Shown one piece after another: positions 9,431 through 19,622 of a DNA stretch of 64,000 bases. Origin of the DNA: a virus. Position numbers and translations under genes: made by a program. The stretch lies in the IMG/VR virus record IMGVR_UViG_3300036768_001340, positions 4,246-68,245 of that record, one strand, 5' to 3'. A model generated the notes under the pieces. The model had not been told where the DNA came from and ran no database searches. It was given only the letters and a program-made list of their open reading frames with translations. Each line of letters starts with the position of its first letter. The first letter of the stretch is position 1.

Positions 9431-11299
9431 TCACCAGGGTGGGTTCCAGCCGAGGCTCTTGAGGAACTGGCTTGCCTGGCCATCGTCGCTCAATTGCTCA
9501 GCGAGGCTTCCGGTGCAGATCGTGAAGTACAGGTACGTCCCGCTCACTGCGACTGATGTCACCCACTGGGGGATGCCCCCGATGCCTATCGACGACGTGA
9601 GGCTTGTGTACAGTGACAGCGGCTGATACGAACCGGTGATGGCCTCCAAGTCAGAGTATCCCTTCACCCTCTGGTTGGTCGCGTCATAGACGAGCATGAA
9701 CGGATGGACCCTCCCGTCGGCATGGTCATATGAACCGGTGACAGAGGTACCTGAACAGTAGACCGCCAGCTTCTTGCCAAGACCGACGCCATGAAGCGCG
9801 ACCGTCCCACCCGCGCCAAGCTGACTGACGCTAGGAGAGCTACCGATCAAACCATACGACCCTCCTCCGACCGCCTCGATGTCTCCGTAGACCATCATCG
9901 CGATCGATCCCGTTGGATTCCAGAGGTTGTCGTCGCCGTTCAAGACATCAGTGATCATGATTCGCCGCGACGTCGCGTTAGTTAGGTTGACACCTACCCT
10001 CATCCAACCTGGACACGGATATCGAAGAGCGGCATTCGATGGAGTCAGCGTCCATGCCGCAACATTCTTACCGTCCCAACCGTTGTATGAAACAAGGCTA
10101 GTTCCGGCTGGCTCCTGCATGTTCCAGGTCGCAGTCCACGGTTGCTGACCAAGCTGTTTCCAGTGGTGTGGCACATAGGGAAGCCTGATGCTTCCTGAGT
10201 CAATCGGGCAGTCCTTCCATATGACGTTCCAGCCGAGCCGTGAGAGGAAATCAGCTGCACCGGACGGATCTGTGAGCGGTTCAACGATGGAACCGGTCGC
10301 GATGGCAAAATAGCTGAATGACGCAGAGGCAGCGCCGCCCGTCGTCCCGAATAGCGGACCGAGACCGACACTTGTAGCTGAAAATGCAGCTAGACTGCTC
10401 GACACGACGACGCCCATGTCAGTGCAAGCGAGCGCATCGCCGGTCGTCTTGTTATAGACGACAAGCATCGGATGAATACGATCGTCCATCCGTGCCGGGG
10501 TTGGACAGATGACCATCTTCGATGTGCCCTGAATCCTCGCCATCACCTCCCCATAGTATCCAAAAGAAGTGTGTGAGGCCATCGCAAGGATGTTTGTGGC
10601 CGAGTCGCTCGGTTGACCGAATAACCCGAGGTTTCCTTGTCCTAGAGGCATCCGACAGTAAGCGAGGAATGCCGTGGACGACGTCTGCAAGTTCGGGCCC
10701 GTCCCACGGAAGTTGGGAGACCCACCCGAGTTTGTCCCAGAGAGGACAATTGTCTTTCGAAGCCAACCGGATTCTGTCTGTCCAAAAGAGATCACACCGC
10801 CCGCCGGGGCGACCGAGGCCGCCAGGGTAAACGCTGCTGATCCGCTCCCGACCAGGTTGCCAGTCAACTCCTGCAATCCCCACCAAGAACCCCACGGTGA
10901 GAGCCCCAAGGCCATCCACTGATCATCTGACTGCGGCATCCTCGGTGCTACAGAGCCGCTGTCGCATGACACGACAACGATCGATGCTGTGCCAGGTGTT
11001 CCTGGGGCAAGCGTCGCCGTCAACCCAATCGTCCCACCCCAGATCTTGCCAGCATCGGCGATCGTGACAAGGCCGGTAAACGTCCCGACCGTCGCAATCG
11101 AGGTATCACTGACCGTCCACGTGACAGCGTTCGTGATGTCAGCAGTGCTGCCATCGGAATACGTTCCTGTCGCGTATGCCTGCTGTGGCGATCCCATGCT
11201 TCAGAGGTAGAGGACCATCGGAGACGGAGAGACGGTGATCGAGACCAGGGTCGTCGCATCGAGCCCGGCGCTTCCAGCGAATGAGAGACAGAGGCTCAT
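9431..11299 (-). CDS. Ig-like (Big_2) domain plus two tandem LamG-like domains, probable receptor-binding appendage; in-frame TGA at 11201-11203
   Basis: ATG at 11299 overlaps the upstream stop (ATGA) and is in frame with the 588-aa ORF. TLVSITVSP...QQAYATGTYSDGSTADITNAVTW is a Big_2 consensus spanning the TGA. Two long internal repeats each end in FL..LGWN. Confidence 0.7.
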
Positions 11300-12162
11300 G
11301 GGTTATTAAAGACGGTCCAGGTGACGATGACGCCGCAACTAACGGCGCTGTTCAAGTTGAGATTGAGGCCCTCATTTGCGAGGGTCTTAAACCAACCGTG
11401 TGGGTTGTGTGGTAACACAAAACCGCCGTTCGCCGGCACAGGCATCAGACCAGAGATGTTAGTGATGGTACCAGCCGAACCGGTCGACTGCCACCTGACA
11501 AAGACGGTCGAAGGCGCCATGAGGTGCGCAGAGAGAACTGCGATCCTCTTACCGGCGCCCTGCGGCGGGATAACCTGGTTCGCGGAACCAGACGTACCGA
11601 AATCACCGAACGCATGGTAGACAGGAACGACGGTCGAACCGGACATAATCTGCCCGGCAGGTTCAGCCATACAATAGACCGGAAGCGGGTTCGTCCTAGA
11701 CGCCTGGGAGCCTGCCACAAGCACTCCGATAGCGCCGGTCACCGGCAACGGATTTGAGTAGTTGACCGGATTTGAGCCAATCAACAGACCGGTCTGGGAG
11801 CCCGAGCTGTGGATGACCGGTAACGGATTCGAATAGTTGACCGGGTTTGAGCCGACCAACAGACCGGTCTGGGAGCCCGAGCTGTGGATGACCGGTAACG
11901 GATTTGATGCAGCAGCCTGTACTCCGCCAACAAGTACACCGATGGAGCCGCTTACCCTAAGCGGATTCGTCACGGTCCCGACAACGTCTGACCCCGACAC
12001 GATCATGATCGGGAACGGGTTCGACATACCGACGAAACCGCCGTCGATACCATCACCTCCCGTAATGATCTTTGAGACAGGGACCTTGACGCCTCCACCG
12101 ACGTCATCTGTCCGAAGGGTATCGCCGCCGCTTCCGGGATTTATCGTAGTGTTATCAGCCAT
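11296..12162 (-). CDS. Fibre-like structural protein with NPLPV repeats
   Basis: Six (S/T)NP(L/F)xV/I motifs, including a near-exact 25-aa (75-bp) tandem duplication SNPLPVIHSSGSQTGLLxGSNPVNY. Confidence 0.65.
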   Translation of the reverse strand: MADNTTINPGSGGDTLRTDDVGGGVKVPVSKIITGGDGIDGGFVGMSNPFPIMIVSGSDVVGTVTNPLRVSGSIGVLVGGVQAAASNPLPVIHSSGSQTGLLVGSNPVNYSNPLPVIHSSGSQTGLLIGSNPVNYSNPLPVTGAIGVLVAGSQASRTNPLPVYCMAEPAGQIMSGSTVVPVYHAFGDFGTSGSANQVIPPQGAGKRIAVLSAHLMAPSTVFVRWQSTGSAGTITNISGLMPVPANGGFVLPHNPHGWFKTLANEGLNLNLNSAVSCGVIVTWTVFNNP

Positions 12163-12165
12163 TTG

Positions 12166-13884
12166 TCATCTCCCCACGAACTTCACCGTGGACCCGCTAC
12201 AAAACATAAGGGCGTTGACACTCTTTTCAGAGACAACTCTTACGACGGGAAGTCGTGCCTCGGCCCTGTAGGCATACTCCTTTAGACGAACGAAGCCGTT
12301 GTTCACTCCGTAGATGCGAAGAAGTGCCTCGACCGACTCGCGGGTTCCCTTCGTCTTATACAGGTACATCAGGTTCTGCAGGACCCGACGCCAGAACCTG
12401 GACTTGATATCTGCTAGACGAGTGTCGAGTGAGACGTTCGCCTGCGGCCCGGGCGATATGTCACGCCCGAGGAAATACTTGAACGCATCGACGGTCGAGA
12501 AGTTCCCATCAAGCTTCCAGCCGTACAACGCTGCGACGTCCTCGAGCAGATCGTCAGGAGCGCTGTCGTATTCAGAATAGTCGACCTTCCTCAGGTTAGG
12601 GAGCTGCTTGATATACAGCTTGATCCTATCGAAGAACCGTGCCAGGATGAGAGCAAAATTCTGGAACGACTGTGATCCCTGTGAAAACTTCCCTGGAAAA
12701 AGGTTGAAGATCAACGAGTCGTTCTGACGATCAAAGTTTGATCCTGAGGTCTGCGCCTCAACGATATAGCTGACGACGTCAGGATCATCCAAGCTGAGGA
12801 TCGGATCTGGGGAATCGAACGCGAGTGAGCCGGATCCCCTTGAACCAGAAAAATAGAATTGGATCCGCCCGTCAAGCCTATGTCCCGAGCAGTCTCTCGC
12901 AATGGAAGCGTACGAGCTTGGGGTGGAGACGGTTGCCTCGTTAAAACGCCATGCACCGAGAAGACCGGACTGTGCATAGATCTTTCGGTTGTACGAACTC
13001 GTGAGGGCCGACAAGCTCCGAACGCTCGACCAGACGCTGATGTCATCCAGACTTCCGGTGAAAGGTCGCACCACCTTTCCGGAGATCGATCCCGATCCGA
13101 TGTAAAACGACCCAGAGGCAAGGTCGAACCTAGTTCCCATCACCATCGTCGTGGTGTCACGGACGATAGGAAACGTACCGGTCGTCGCCGTGATGAGCAT
13201 GACCGTCCCGGTCACCGCGGAGCGATCGATCACCGCCGAGAAAAATGACGGCATCGTCGAGAGGGCACCTGAGACTACGCAAGAGTTTGAACCGGAGGCA
13301 ACCAAGAAGTACAAGCTGGAGCCCGAGACGTACACGGAGACGCCGTCTGTGGTCCCCCGCCGCAACTTTTGGAAAACGACCATGACATCGTTAGATCCAG
13401 TCATGGCTGGGACGTCAATCCATCCCTGGATGGACAGCGACCCTGTGCCGGGGCTGACAAACGAAGAACGCGCGACCCCGTCCTGGACGCCAAAGTCATC
13501 GATGCGAATGTATGACGAGGACACCATCGGATTCAGTCGAAGATGTCCCGTCCGCGATGGCCACCTTCCAAGGAAGTATCGCTGGTACCCATCGAGTGAA
13601 TCCAAGAACGCCTGGAGGTCATCCACAGTTCCGCCGAATGGATATTCGTTTAGGATCTGATCGGCTGTGACGTTGACGTACGACTCGGCTGAGTTGAACG
13701 TCACAAAGTTCGAGAAGTCACTGTAGTCGACGTTCAGGTCGACCATATCTGAGCCCGACGCGAGCCTCGTGACCAGGTCATTCTCCGGACCCACGTCTGA
13801 GAATGAATCCTGGCTCTGCGCAGAGACAGCGGCCGCGGAGCCGGCGCCCATCTTTCCGTCAAAAAGACTGAAGATGTCAGGCAT
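12166..13884 (-). CDS. Baseplate wedge subunit (P2 gpI/T4 gp7-like motif) with LamG-like domain
   Basis: APDDLLEDVAALYGW and LMYLYKTKGTRESVEALLRIYG are wedge signatures; FTGSLDDISVW..LLGAWRFNE is LamG-like. Confidence 0.75.
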   Translation of the reverse strand: MPDIFSLFDGKMGAGSAAAVSAQSQDSFSDVGPENDLVTRLASGSDMVDLNVDYSDFSNFVTFNSAESYVNVTADQILNEYPFGGTVDDLQAFLDSLDGYQRYFLGRWPSRTGHLRLNPMVSSSYIRIDDFGVQDGVARSSFVSPGTGSLSIQGWIDVPAMTGSNDVMVVFQKLRRGTTDGVSVYVSGSSLYFLVASGSNSCVVSGALSTMPSFFSAVIDRSAVTGTVMLITATTGTFPIVRDTTTMVMGTRFDLASGSFYIGSGSISGKVVRPFTGSLDDISVWSSVRSLSALTSSYNRKIYAQSGLLGAWRFNEATVSTPSSYASIARDCSGHRLDGRIQFYFSGSRGSGSLAFDSPDPILSLDDPDVVSYIVEAQTSGSNFDRQNDSLIFNLFPGKFSQGSQSFQNFALILARFFDRIKLYIKQLPNLRKVDYSEYDSAPDDLLEDVAALYGWKLDGNFSTVDAFKYFLGRDISPGPQANVSLDTRLADIKSRFWRRVLQNLMYLYKTKGTRESVEALLRIYGVNNGFVRLKEYAYRAEARLPVVRVVSEKSVNALMFCSGSTVKFVGR

Positions 13885-13931
13885 TCTGGGGCCTCTTTGC
13901 AGCCAAGGTTCTCTCCACGCTCTCCGACCTT

Positions 13932-15293
13932 CTAGACAACTTTGAACTTGTACCCAGGATCTACGATCTGCTTTCGACCCTGCTCATCGACGAGGAAAAT
14001 GATCCGGTACACGTTTCCCTGATGGAGGTTCGACATGTGGAACTTGAACGAGTTTCCCGAGCCTCCATAGGACAATCTGGTGTGGTTCTGCGAGCCAGTT
14101 CCAAACGGGACCACCCGCTCCTTCGTGGCAAAGTTCTCGATCGCATACCACGCCCTCTCCACGATATAGGGAGTCGGACCCAAGGAGGCTGTCGATAGCA
14201 CAGGGACGGTATGGGGGCGCTTACGAAACAGCACCTCAAACACCGGCACATCTTCAGGAGTATACTCATCTTGCCCGTTCCTGACCCTAGCGATCAAAGG
14301 ATGCTGGGCCAAGGTGTTCACCGGATTCGGCTTTGAGAGGGTAAACGTTCCAGTGGTCATTGCGACCGCTCCTGCACGCCAGCGATCGTAGAAAAGAGAT
14401 CCGCTGTACGATCCGGTCGGCAACGCAAACGATGCGCTGTAGATACCGGTGCCGACCTGGCTCGCTGTGACATGCATGAGGACGCCAGATGCGTCTGCGA
14501 TGCTGACCACTACCTGGCCAATCAGGTCAGTGAAAACACCTCCGACGACATTGTAGAGATACAGGGAGCCAGTCCGTGACCACTGCATATTGGCCCGATC
14601 GTCGCCTCGGAAGTCATTGACACGGACCTCAATGTACGGACGACGATCCTTATACGAGCTGTGTCGAGAATAGAACTTCTTGCGGTAGTAGTCGACGTAA
14701 ACAGAGTCTGACTCTAGGCTCGCCGTCATGTGGACGGCGACGCCGTAGTTTGGAAAGGTACCGCTCAACCAACCGTTTACGATCGAGGTAACGTCGACGT
14801 CGATGTCCTCAGTGCCAGTGTCGAAGTACGCGCTTGCGGTCGGAGAGGGCAAGAAGTCGCCGCCGGCGACGTTCCAATACTGAGTCGAAGTCCGCTTCTC
14901 CCAATTGGCATATCCGTCATCGGCGTACGTGTTGACGTCCATGCCATCACCCTCATCCCAAGATGACGAGATGGGACGGATGGTCAACTCATAGCTTTTC
15001 GGCTCAGGACATCCACGGGTCTTATGGTTCATCCTGAGATGGAAGGTCAAGCCGGCCGTCGGAATGTCCCCCGAGGCGGTCAGCTCAGAGAACTTCGATA
15101 GATCAAACTGCAGCAACGCCCTGGCAAGCGTCCCAGAACCAGCCGTCCCGATCGCTCCCGAGATGCCCGCCCGCTTAAAGACGTCAAGCTCCTCAGAGAA
15201 ACCGACGTTGGCCCCTGTCAACCGCGTAAAGTTCGGTGCGACGTAGTCGTTCGTGATGAACGTATCCTTGAACGGAAAGATCCGATAGATCAT
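13932..15293 (-). CDS. DNRLRE/disaggregatase-related (CBM96-like) domain structural protein
   Basis: KDTFIT..ARALLQFDLS..ISSSWDEG..W..AGGD..DVDVTSIVNGWL..NYG..FYSRH..RPYIEV. Confidence 0.7.
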   Translation of the reverse strand: MIYRIFPFKDTFITNDYVAPNFTRLTGANVGFSEELDVFKRAGISGAIGTAGSGTLARALLQFDLSKFSELTASGDIPTAGLTFHLRMNHKTRGCPEPKSYELTIRPISSSWDEGDGMDVNTYADDGYANWEKRTSTQYWNVAGGDFLPSPTASAYFDTGTEDIDVDVTSIVNGWLSGTFPNYGVAVHMTASLESDSVYVDYYRKKFYSRHSSYKDRRPYIEVRVNDFRGDDRANMQWSRTGSLYLYNVVGGVFTDLIGQVVVSIADASGVLMHVTASQVGTGIYSASFALPTGSYSGSLFYDRWRAGAVAMTTGTFTLSKPNPVNTLAQHPLIARVRNGQDEYTPEDVPVFEVLFRKRPHTVPVLSTASLGPTPYIVERAWYAIENFATKERVVPFGTGSQNHTRLSYGGSGNSFKFHMSNLHQGNVYRIIFLVDEQGRKQIVDPGYKFKVV

Positions 15294-17110
15294 CGTGCGC
15301 TCCCGACGATGTCCCGGGTTGGATACTTGACCTGAAAGATCGCTCCGGTCGGACAGATCAACATGCCGTCCCGAAGGTTGTCCGTGATCGCAAACCGATC
15401 GTCGGAGTATGAAAGCCCGTCGGTCACCCCGAAGACGTTTGTGAATGAGACCTCATACACCGAGACTACCCCGTGGATGCTCTGAAGCACGCCGACGACG
15501 TCAGAGACCACGATCGGTTGACCGATCTGCATGTTATCGCGCCTGAAGTACTCCTGCAACCGAGTAGCACAGTTCAAAAGGACCTCAGAGCGGTTCTTAC
15601 CGGATGCGACAACTACCCCGAAGTAGACTCTAATGTCCAGGATGCTTGCATCGAGGATGTTCACCCCGTCAGTGAGCATCTTGAACTTCTTGAGATACGT
15701 TGCCAGGTTCGACTTTAGCGTCGGAGTAGCCGTCGTAAGGTTACCGTCAGCGTCTGACGATAGAATGTGGACGTCATACGAGTACCTACCGGCCTCGGTC
15801 GGCTTAACGAAGACCTTCTCGATCGCTCCGAACTTTGACGGTAGCGAGAGAACCCGTGCCGCGATGTCCTCACGAGTGACCGCCCTCGATTGGGACGCGA
15901 AGAACGCCGCAGAGTTGGCCTTGATCTCCTTGATCGTCTCGGCCGGACCTCCACCCTTCATGGAGGAAAGGTTGATGCATCCGATCGACGCCTCGACGGC
16001 GCCCTTCTTAAGGGGATCGAGGCCTGTGGAAGCAAACGAGAGGTTCACCACGATCGGCTGCCTGACCGAACGAGCAGGGACGTTAGTCTCAGAACCACCT
16101 CCTACGCGGTAGCGCACCGTCAAAGTCGTGTTATGAGGCGAAAGGCCGAGGCTGCGCGTCTTCAGAAAGTTCTGAGGGTCGATGTTGAAGCTATTGAAAG
16201 TACGTCTTCCAGCTAACGGCAGGGCATAACTGGCCACATTCGGAATGAGTTCGTCATCGTAGCTCACACCGTCACCTGATCCGAAGACCAGCGAGGTGAC
16301 TCCGGTTGCGATGTTTCGATCAACGATGAAACGACGGGGCGCTGACTGGAGCTTCAAAACATACGGGACTGACACACCGTCATCTCCAGGGTTGGTGTCG
16401 GAGGTAAACACCCAGTCCTGTGCGAGGTAGTCCACCTCGAACCACTCATTCCCCTCTTCATCGAAGACATCGATGACCTCGATCACATCCTCATAGCTCA
16501 GGTCGATGCGTCTGAACTGCTGGAACTCGGTGATGGTGAACGTCTCGGTGACCGTCTTCCCTGCGATCACATCGACATACTTCCTGATCGCAAAGTGAGT
16601 CGGCATTCCCGTATTCGAATCAAAACGAGAGCCGGTAACCTCACGGCCGAGTGAAGCCGTAAAGTGAATGTCCTCCAGGGTCTCAAACAAGGTGCCGTTC
16701 TGAGCCATTCCCTGTGAACCCTTCAGAAGGGTCGGAGTGTAGGCATCGTCAGGGACCACTCGACCGAACGAGTCGACAGTCGCTGGAACCTCGACGGCCC
16801 AATGAAGCGTTCCGACAGACGGCCTCTTTCCCTGAGGTCTATATCCACGAGCCTTTGCCAGGGCGATCACATTCTCAAGCTGGGTCGCTCCCTCCCCAGA
16901 CTCGTTGAAGGCCTGGTCAAGCATGAAGTGGAGACCGTCACCGACATAGGCGAGGAACTCCAAGATAGCCATTCCGGGAGAGCTCTCGTTATAGTCAGTG
17001 AAAGACCCAGATGCGTACGCTCTGCCGAAATTGATCAGGTCACGCTTGAGGGACTTGAAGTCCCTATTCGTGAGGCTGACGATCCTCTCCTTCTTGACAT
17101 CAATCGCCAT
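15290..17110 (-). CDS. Baseplate J / T4 gp6-like wedge protein
   Basis: RDFKSLKRDL..FTDYNESSPGM..LAYVGD, FGSG, TLTVRYRVGGG..NV, GG..AET..EIK..FASQSRAVTREDI. Confidence 0.9.
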   Translation of the reverse strand: MAIDVKKERIVSLTNRDFKSLKRDLINFGRAYASGSFTDYNESSPGMAILEFLAYVGDGLHFMLDQAFNESGEGATQLENVIALAKARGYRPQGKRPSVGTLHWAVEVPATVDSFGRVVPDDAYTPTLLKGSQGMAQNGTLFETLEDIHFTASLGREVTGSRFDSNTGMPTHFAIRKYVDVIAGKTVTETFTITEFQQFRRIDLSYEDVIEVIDVFDEEGNEWFEVDYLAQDWVFTSDTNPGDDGVSVPYVLKLQSAPRRFIVDRNIATGVTSLVFGSGDGVSYDDELIPNVASYALPLAGRRTFNSFNIDPQNFLKTRSLGLSPHNTTLTVRYRVGGGSETNVPARSVRQPIVVNLSFASTGLDPLKKGAVEASIGCINLSSMKGGGPAETIKEIKANSAAFFASQSRAVTREDIAARVLSLPSKFGAIEKVFVKPTEAGRYSYDVHILSSDADGNLTTATPTLKSNLATYLKKFKMLTDGVNILDASILDIRVYFGVVVASGKNRSEVLLNCATRLQEYFRRDNMQIGQPIVVSDVVGVLQSIHGVVSVYEVSFTNVFGVTDGLSYSDDRFAITDNLRDGMLICPTGAIFQVKYPTRDIVGSAR

Positions 17111-17116
17111 GACAGA

Positions 17117-17500
17117 TCATCCCGAAAAGAGCACAGTTGCCTCGACCGGGATGTTCCCGTACACGAGGGTGAGGTGAATATGGAAGCCATTCTCAGGAAC
17201 AGCCGGATCCTCGTCGGCAAATGTAATGAAGATTCCAGTCAGGGTGAGGAACGACATCCACTTTGCAACCTGGGCCTTGATCCGCTCCGCGATCCTCCCC
17301 TTGAGCGACTTCGAGCGAGGTTCAAAGATGAACTCTCGAAGGTTACAGCCAAAGTCGAAGTGCATCACCCTCTCGCCCCAGTTCGTAAGCAAGAGAGAGC
17401 GAAGGTTTGCCACGATGGCTGACGCGACATCATCCGTCACCTCAAGGTACCCAAGAGAGCCAGTCGCTGGTTGGAACGGAAAGTTAAATCCGATTGACAA
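17117..17500 (-). CDS. Baseplate wedge/sheath initiator, GPW/gp25 family
   Basis: NLRSLLLTNWGERVMHFDFGCNLREFIFEP is the gp25 signature. Confidence 0.9.
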   Translation of the reverse strand: MSIGFNFPFQPATGSLGYLEVTDDVASAIVANLRSLLLTNWGERVMHFDFGCNLREFIFEPRSKSLKGRIAERIKAQVAKWMSFLTLTGIFITFADEDPAVPENGFHIHLTLVYGNIPVEATVLFSG

Positions 17501-17560
17501 CTTTGCGTCCCCCTGGGCAACTCAACAAGAGCCTTTCGCTTTTAATCGCGGACTTCATCA

Positions 17561-17998
17561 CTACGCCACGGTCGTTAAGAACGGGATCCCTGTTGCAGGG
17601 GTAACTGTCACAACAACGCTTAGCGTATATGTATGAAGTGCTTTGGCTATCAACGTTGGAGCCAGTTCAGGATCGTAGCTTACGTTTAGAGTCGGAGTCA
17701 GAGCGATCAGAAGCGGTTCGAAGGGAGGGACGACGCTGGTCACAGCGGTCACACCAGGCCCAACCCAAACGGCGGCGGTCCACATCTCCATAAGGGCCCT
17801 TGAGAAGCCCTGGATCGTAAATTGACCCACCGCTGCACTGGTGAGCGGGACCGCAAGTACCGCCGGTCCTGCAACTCCTACACTTGCATATTGCGAATAG
17901 GCACGGATCCAATCACCAAGCGGATCGAACGTCGGCATCGTCTGCGGATCAAACAGCGGTCTGATAATCCGACGTAGGTCCGCAACTGACAACGGCAT
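17561..17998 (-). CDS. Hypothetical baseplate-region protein
   Basis: 145-aa ORF coupled (TGATG) to the spike-like gene. Confidence 0.6.
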   Translation of the reverse strand: MPLSVADLRRIIRPLFDPQTMPTFDPLGDWIRAYSQYASVGVAGPAVLAVPLTSAAVGQFTIQGFSRALMEMWTAAVWVGPGVTAVTSVVPPFEPLLIALTPTLNVSYDPELAPTLIAKALHTYTLSVVVTVTPATGIPFLTTVA

Positions 17999-18588
17999 CA
18001 GATAACCTTATTCGACGGGCTCAACAAAAAGTCCGGAAGCGGCTGCGGAGGACCAGAAAGTCCAACAGGCGTCGGATGCGTATGCCCAGGGCCACTCCAG
18101 TACCTAGCAAACGCATCACCTCGGATGATCCGCTCTGCCGCCCCCTCGCCGAGCTGGATATCACCCTCAATCACGATCTTTCCCTCTGCCGTCATCATGA
18201 GGTACGCCTTGCCCACCGAAACCTTTAGGTCGGTCCGAGGAACGATTCTCACGCAGTCGGCCCTCAAGATGGCCGAGGGCCTACCAGAAATCTTCGATCC
18301 AATCTCCTCGGTCCCCGCCTGGACATCAGGATCCGCCTTCTGAGAGAGGTAGAGGGTGGCAGCGTCATCAAGGACCGAGGGATCTGAACCTTTCCGCCCG
18401 ACGACAGCGTGGATCGCTCCGGCCGACTTACCGCCGCCGTTCTCCCGTGCTCCGTACCCTGTGTCGACAGAGTCAACACGGTCCCTCCCGAGCAGGATGG
18501 TGGCATTGTTCTGTCCTGCCACGACGTTGTCACCCTGCCTTCGATTCAGGATCGGGACATCCTCGTAAACCATGTCCCTCGACATCAA
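17998..18588 (-). CDS. Baseplate spike-like protein (gpV/gp5 C-terminal type)
   Basis: Beta-rich C-terminal half ending in the metal-binding HTHPTPVGLSGPP motif. Confidence 0.65.
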   Translation of the reverse strand: MMSRDMVYEDVPILNRRQGDNVVAGQNNATILLGRDRVDSVDTGYGARENGGGKSAGAIHAVVGRKGSDPSVLDDAATLYLSQKADPDVQAGTEEIGSKISGRPSAILRADCVRIVPRTDLKVSVGKAYLMMTAEGKIVIEGDIQLGEGAAERIIRGDAFARYWSGPGHTHPTPVGLSGPPQPLPDFLLSPSNKVI

Positions 18589-19169
18589 CCGTCTCCAAAC
18601 CTCACGATCGCACCCTCAGACGGAGCGAGGCTGGCGTACTCATCATCACGAGGATATTCTGGAAGATTAGGCTCGAACGAGTCCATCGCAGACTGCATAT
18701 GGGACGGGGCATCATACTCAAGAGCACCCTGGGAGCTATTTGCAGATTCATGACCAGCCACTCGAGAGACCCAAATACCATGGGACATGCCATCCCCCTC
18801 AAACATGACATAGACATGTTCTCCCGGGGTCACTGGGGTGCCTGCCATATCCTGAGGAAACATCGGCCAGAACACTCGGAGAGACTGATCATCAAGCAGA
18901 CGATCGAATCCGTCCGTGATGATCCTGGCCTTGATGGACCCCCGCGGATTTGCCGGGCCGGTCAAAGCTGCATACCTCCTTATCGTGCCGTCACGAAGGA
19001 CGACGGAAACCTCACCGGCCCCATCGGGGTTCTGCAGCTTACCTCCGTCAAGGTCTACGGCAAGGACGGAGGCACGATAGTACTGCCTCTCACTCTCGTG
19101 ACGAGCGGCCTTGTGGAGAAGCTCTGAGAGGATCAGCTCAGGACGTCTGTACCAGTCAATGTCCATCAT
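18585..19169 (-). CDS. Putative baseplate hub/spike N-terminal OB-fold protein
   Basis: GSIKARII..FWPMFP..PVTPGEHVYVMFE..GIWVSR resembles gp5/gpV OB-fold ends; adjacent to the spike gene. Confidence 0.5.
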   Translation of the reverse strand: MMDIDWYRRPELILSELLHKAARHESERQYYRASVLAVDLDGGKLQNPDGAGEVSVVLRDGTIRRYAALTGPANPRGSIKARIITDGFDRLLDDQSLRVFWPMFPQDMAGTPVTPGEHVYVMFEGDGMSHGIWVSRVAGHESANSSQGALEYDAPSHMQSAMDSFEPNLPEYPRDDEYASLAPSEGAIVRFGDG

Positions 19170-19317
19170 CCTTCGCGGCCTTCTCTAGTTCCTCGATGAT
19201 CTGGTGCGCCTCCTTGCGGAGATGAGCCAGTCGAATCCATTTCGGACCAAGGTCGCGGACGAGCGCATCCATCTCAACCGCGATCACTCGCAGTCTATCA
19301 GCCCTCTCACGATCCAT
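19156..19317 (-). CDS. Small hypothetical protein (53 aa)
   Basis: Hand-translated MDRERADRLRVIAVEMDALVRDLGPKWIRLAHLRKEAHQIIEELEKAAKDDGH; start overlaps the upstream stop and it fills the operon gap. Confidence 0.6.
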   Translation of the reverse strand: MDRERADRLRVIAVEMDALVRDLGPKWIRLAHLRKEAHQIIEELEKAAKDDGH

Positions 19318-19622
19318 CAGTTCGATCCCTCATCAAAGTCTTCCTCAGGGAAGGGTCTTCCGATCTCATCAGTGATGTCATCTTCATCATCATCTGACAA
19401 TACTTCAAGGACCTTACCGAAGGCCTTGACGGTATTCACCCGAACCTGATTTTGGCGACTTAATTCGGCAGCAATCTTGGCCACATACTCAGCGATTACA
19501 GCAGGTTGGTCACTGTGCTCCGAAAGAAGCCTGTCAAGGAAGTTTGACAGACGTTCTCGGTCTTCACCGACGTTATCGAGGATATCATCGACCAGGTCTG
19601 CAAGTTCATCCTTCTTCCCCAC
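19317..19622 (-). CDS. Acidic helical hypothetical protein
   Basis: 101-aa ORF overlapping its neighbours in the operon. Confidence 0.65.
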   Translation of the reverse strand: MGKKDELADLVDDILDNVGEDRERLSNFLDRLLSEHSDQPAVIAEYVAKIAAELSRQNQVRVNTVKAFGKVLEVLSDDDEDDITDEIGRPFPEEDFDEGSN

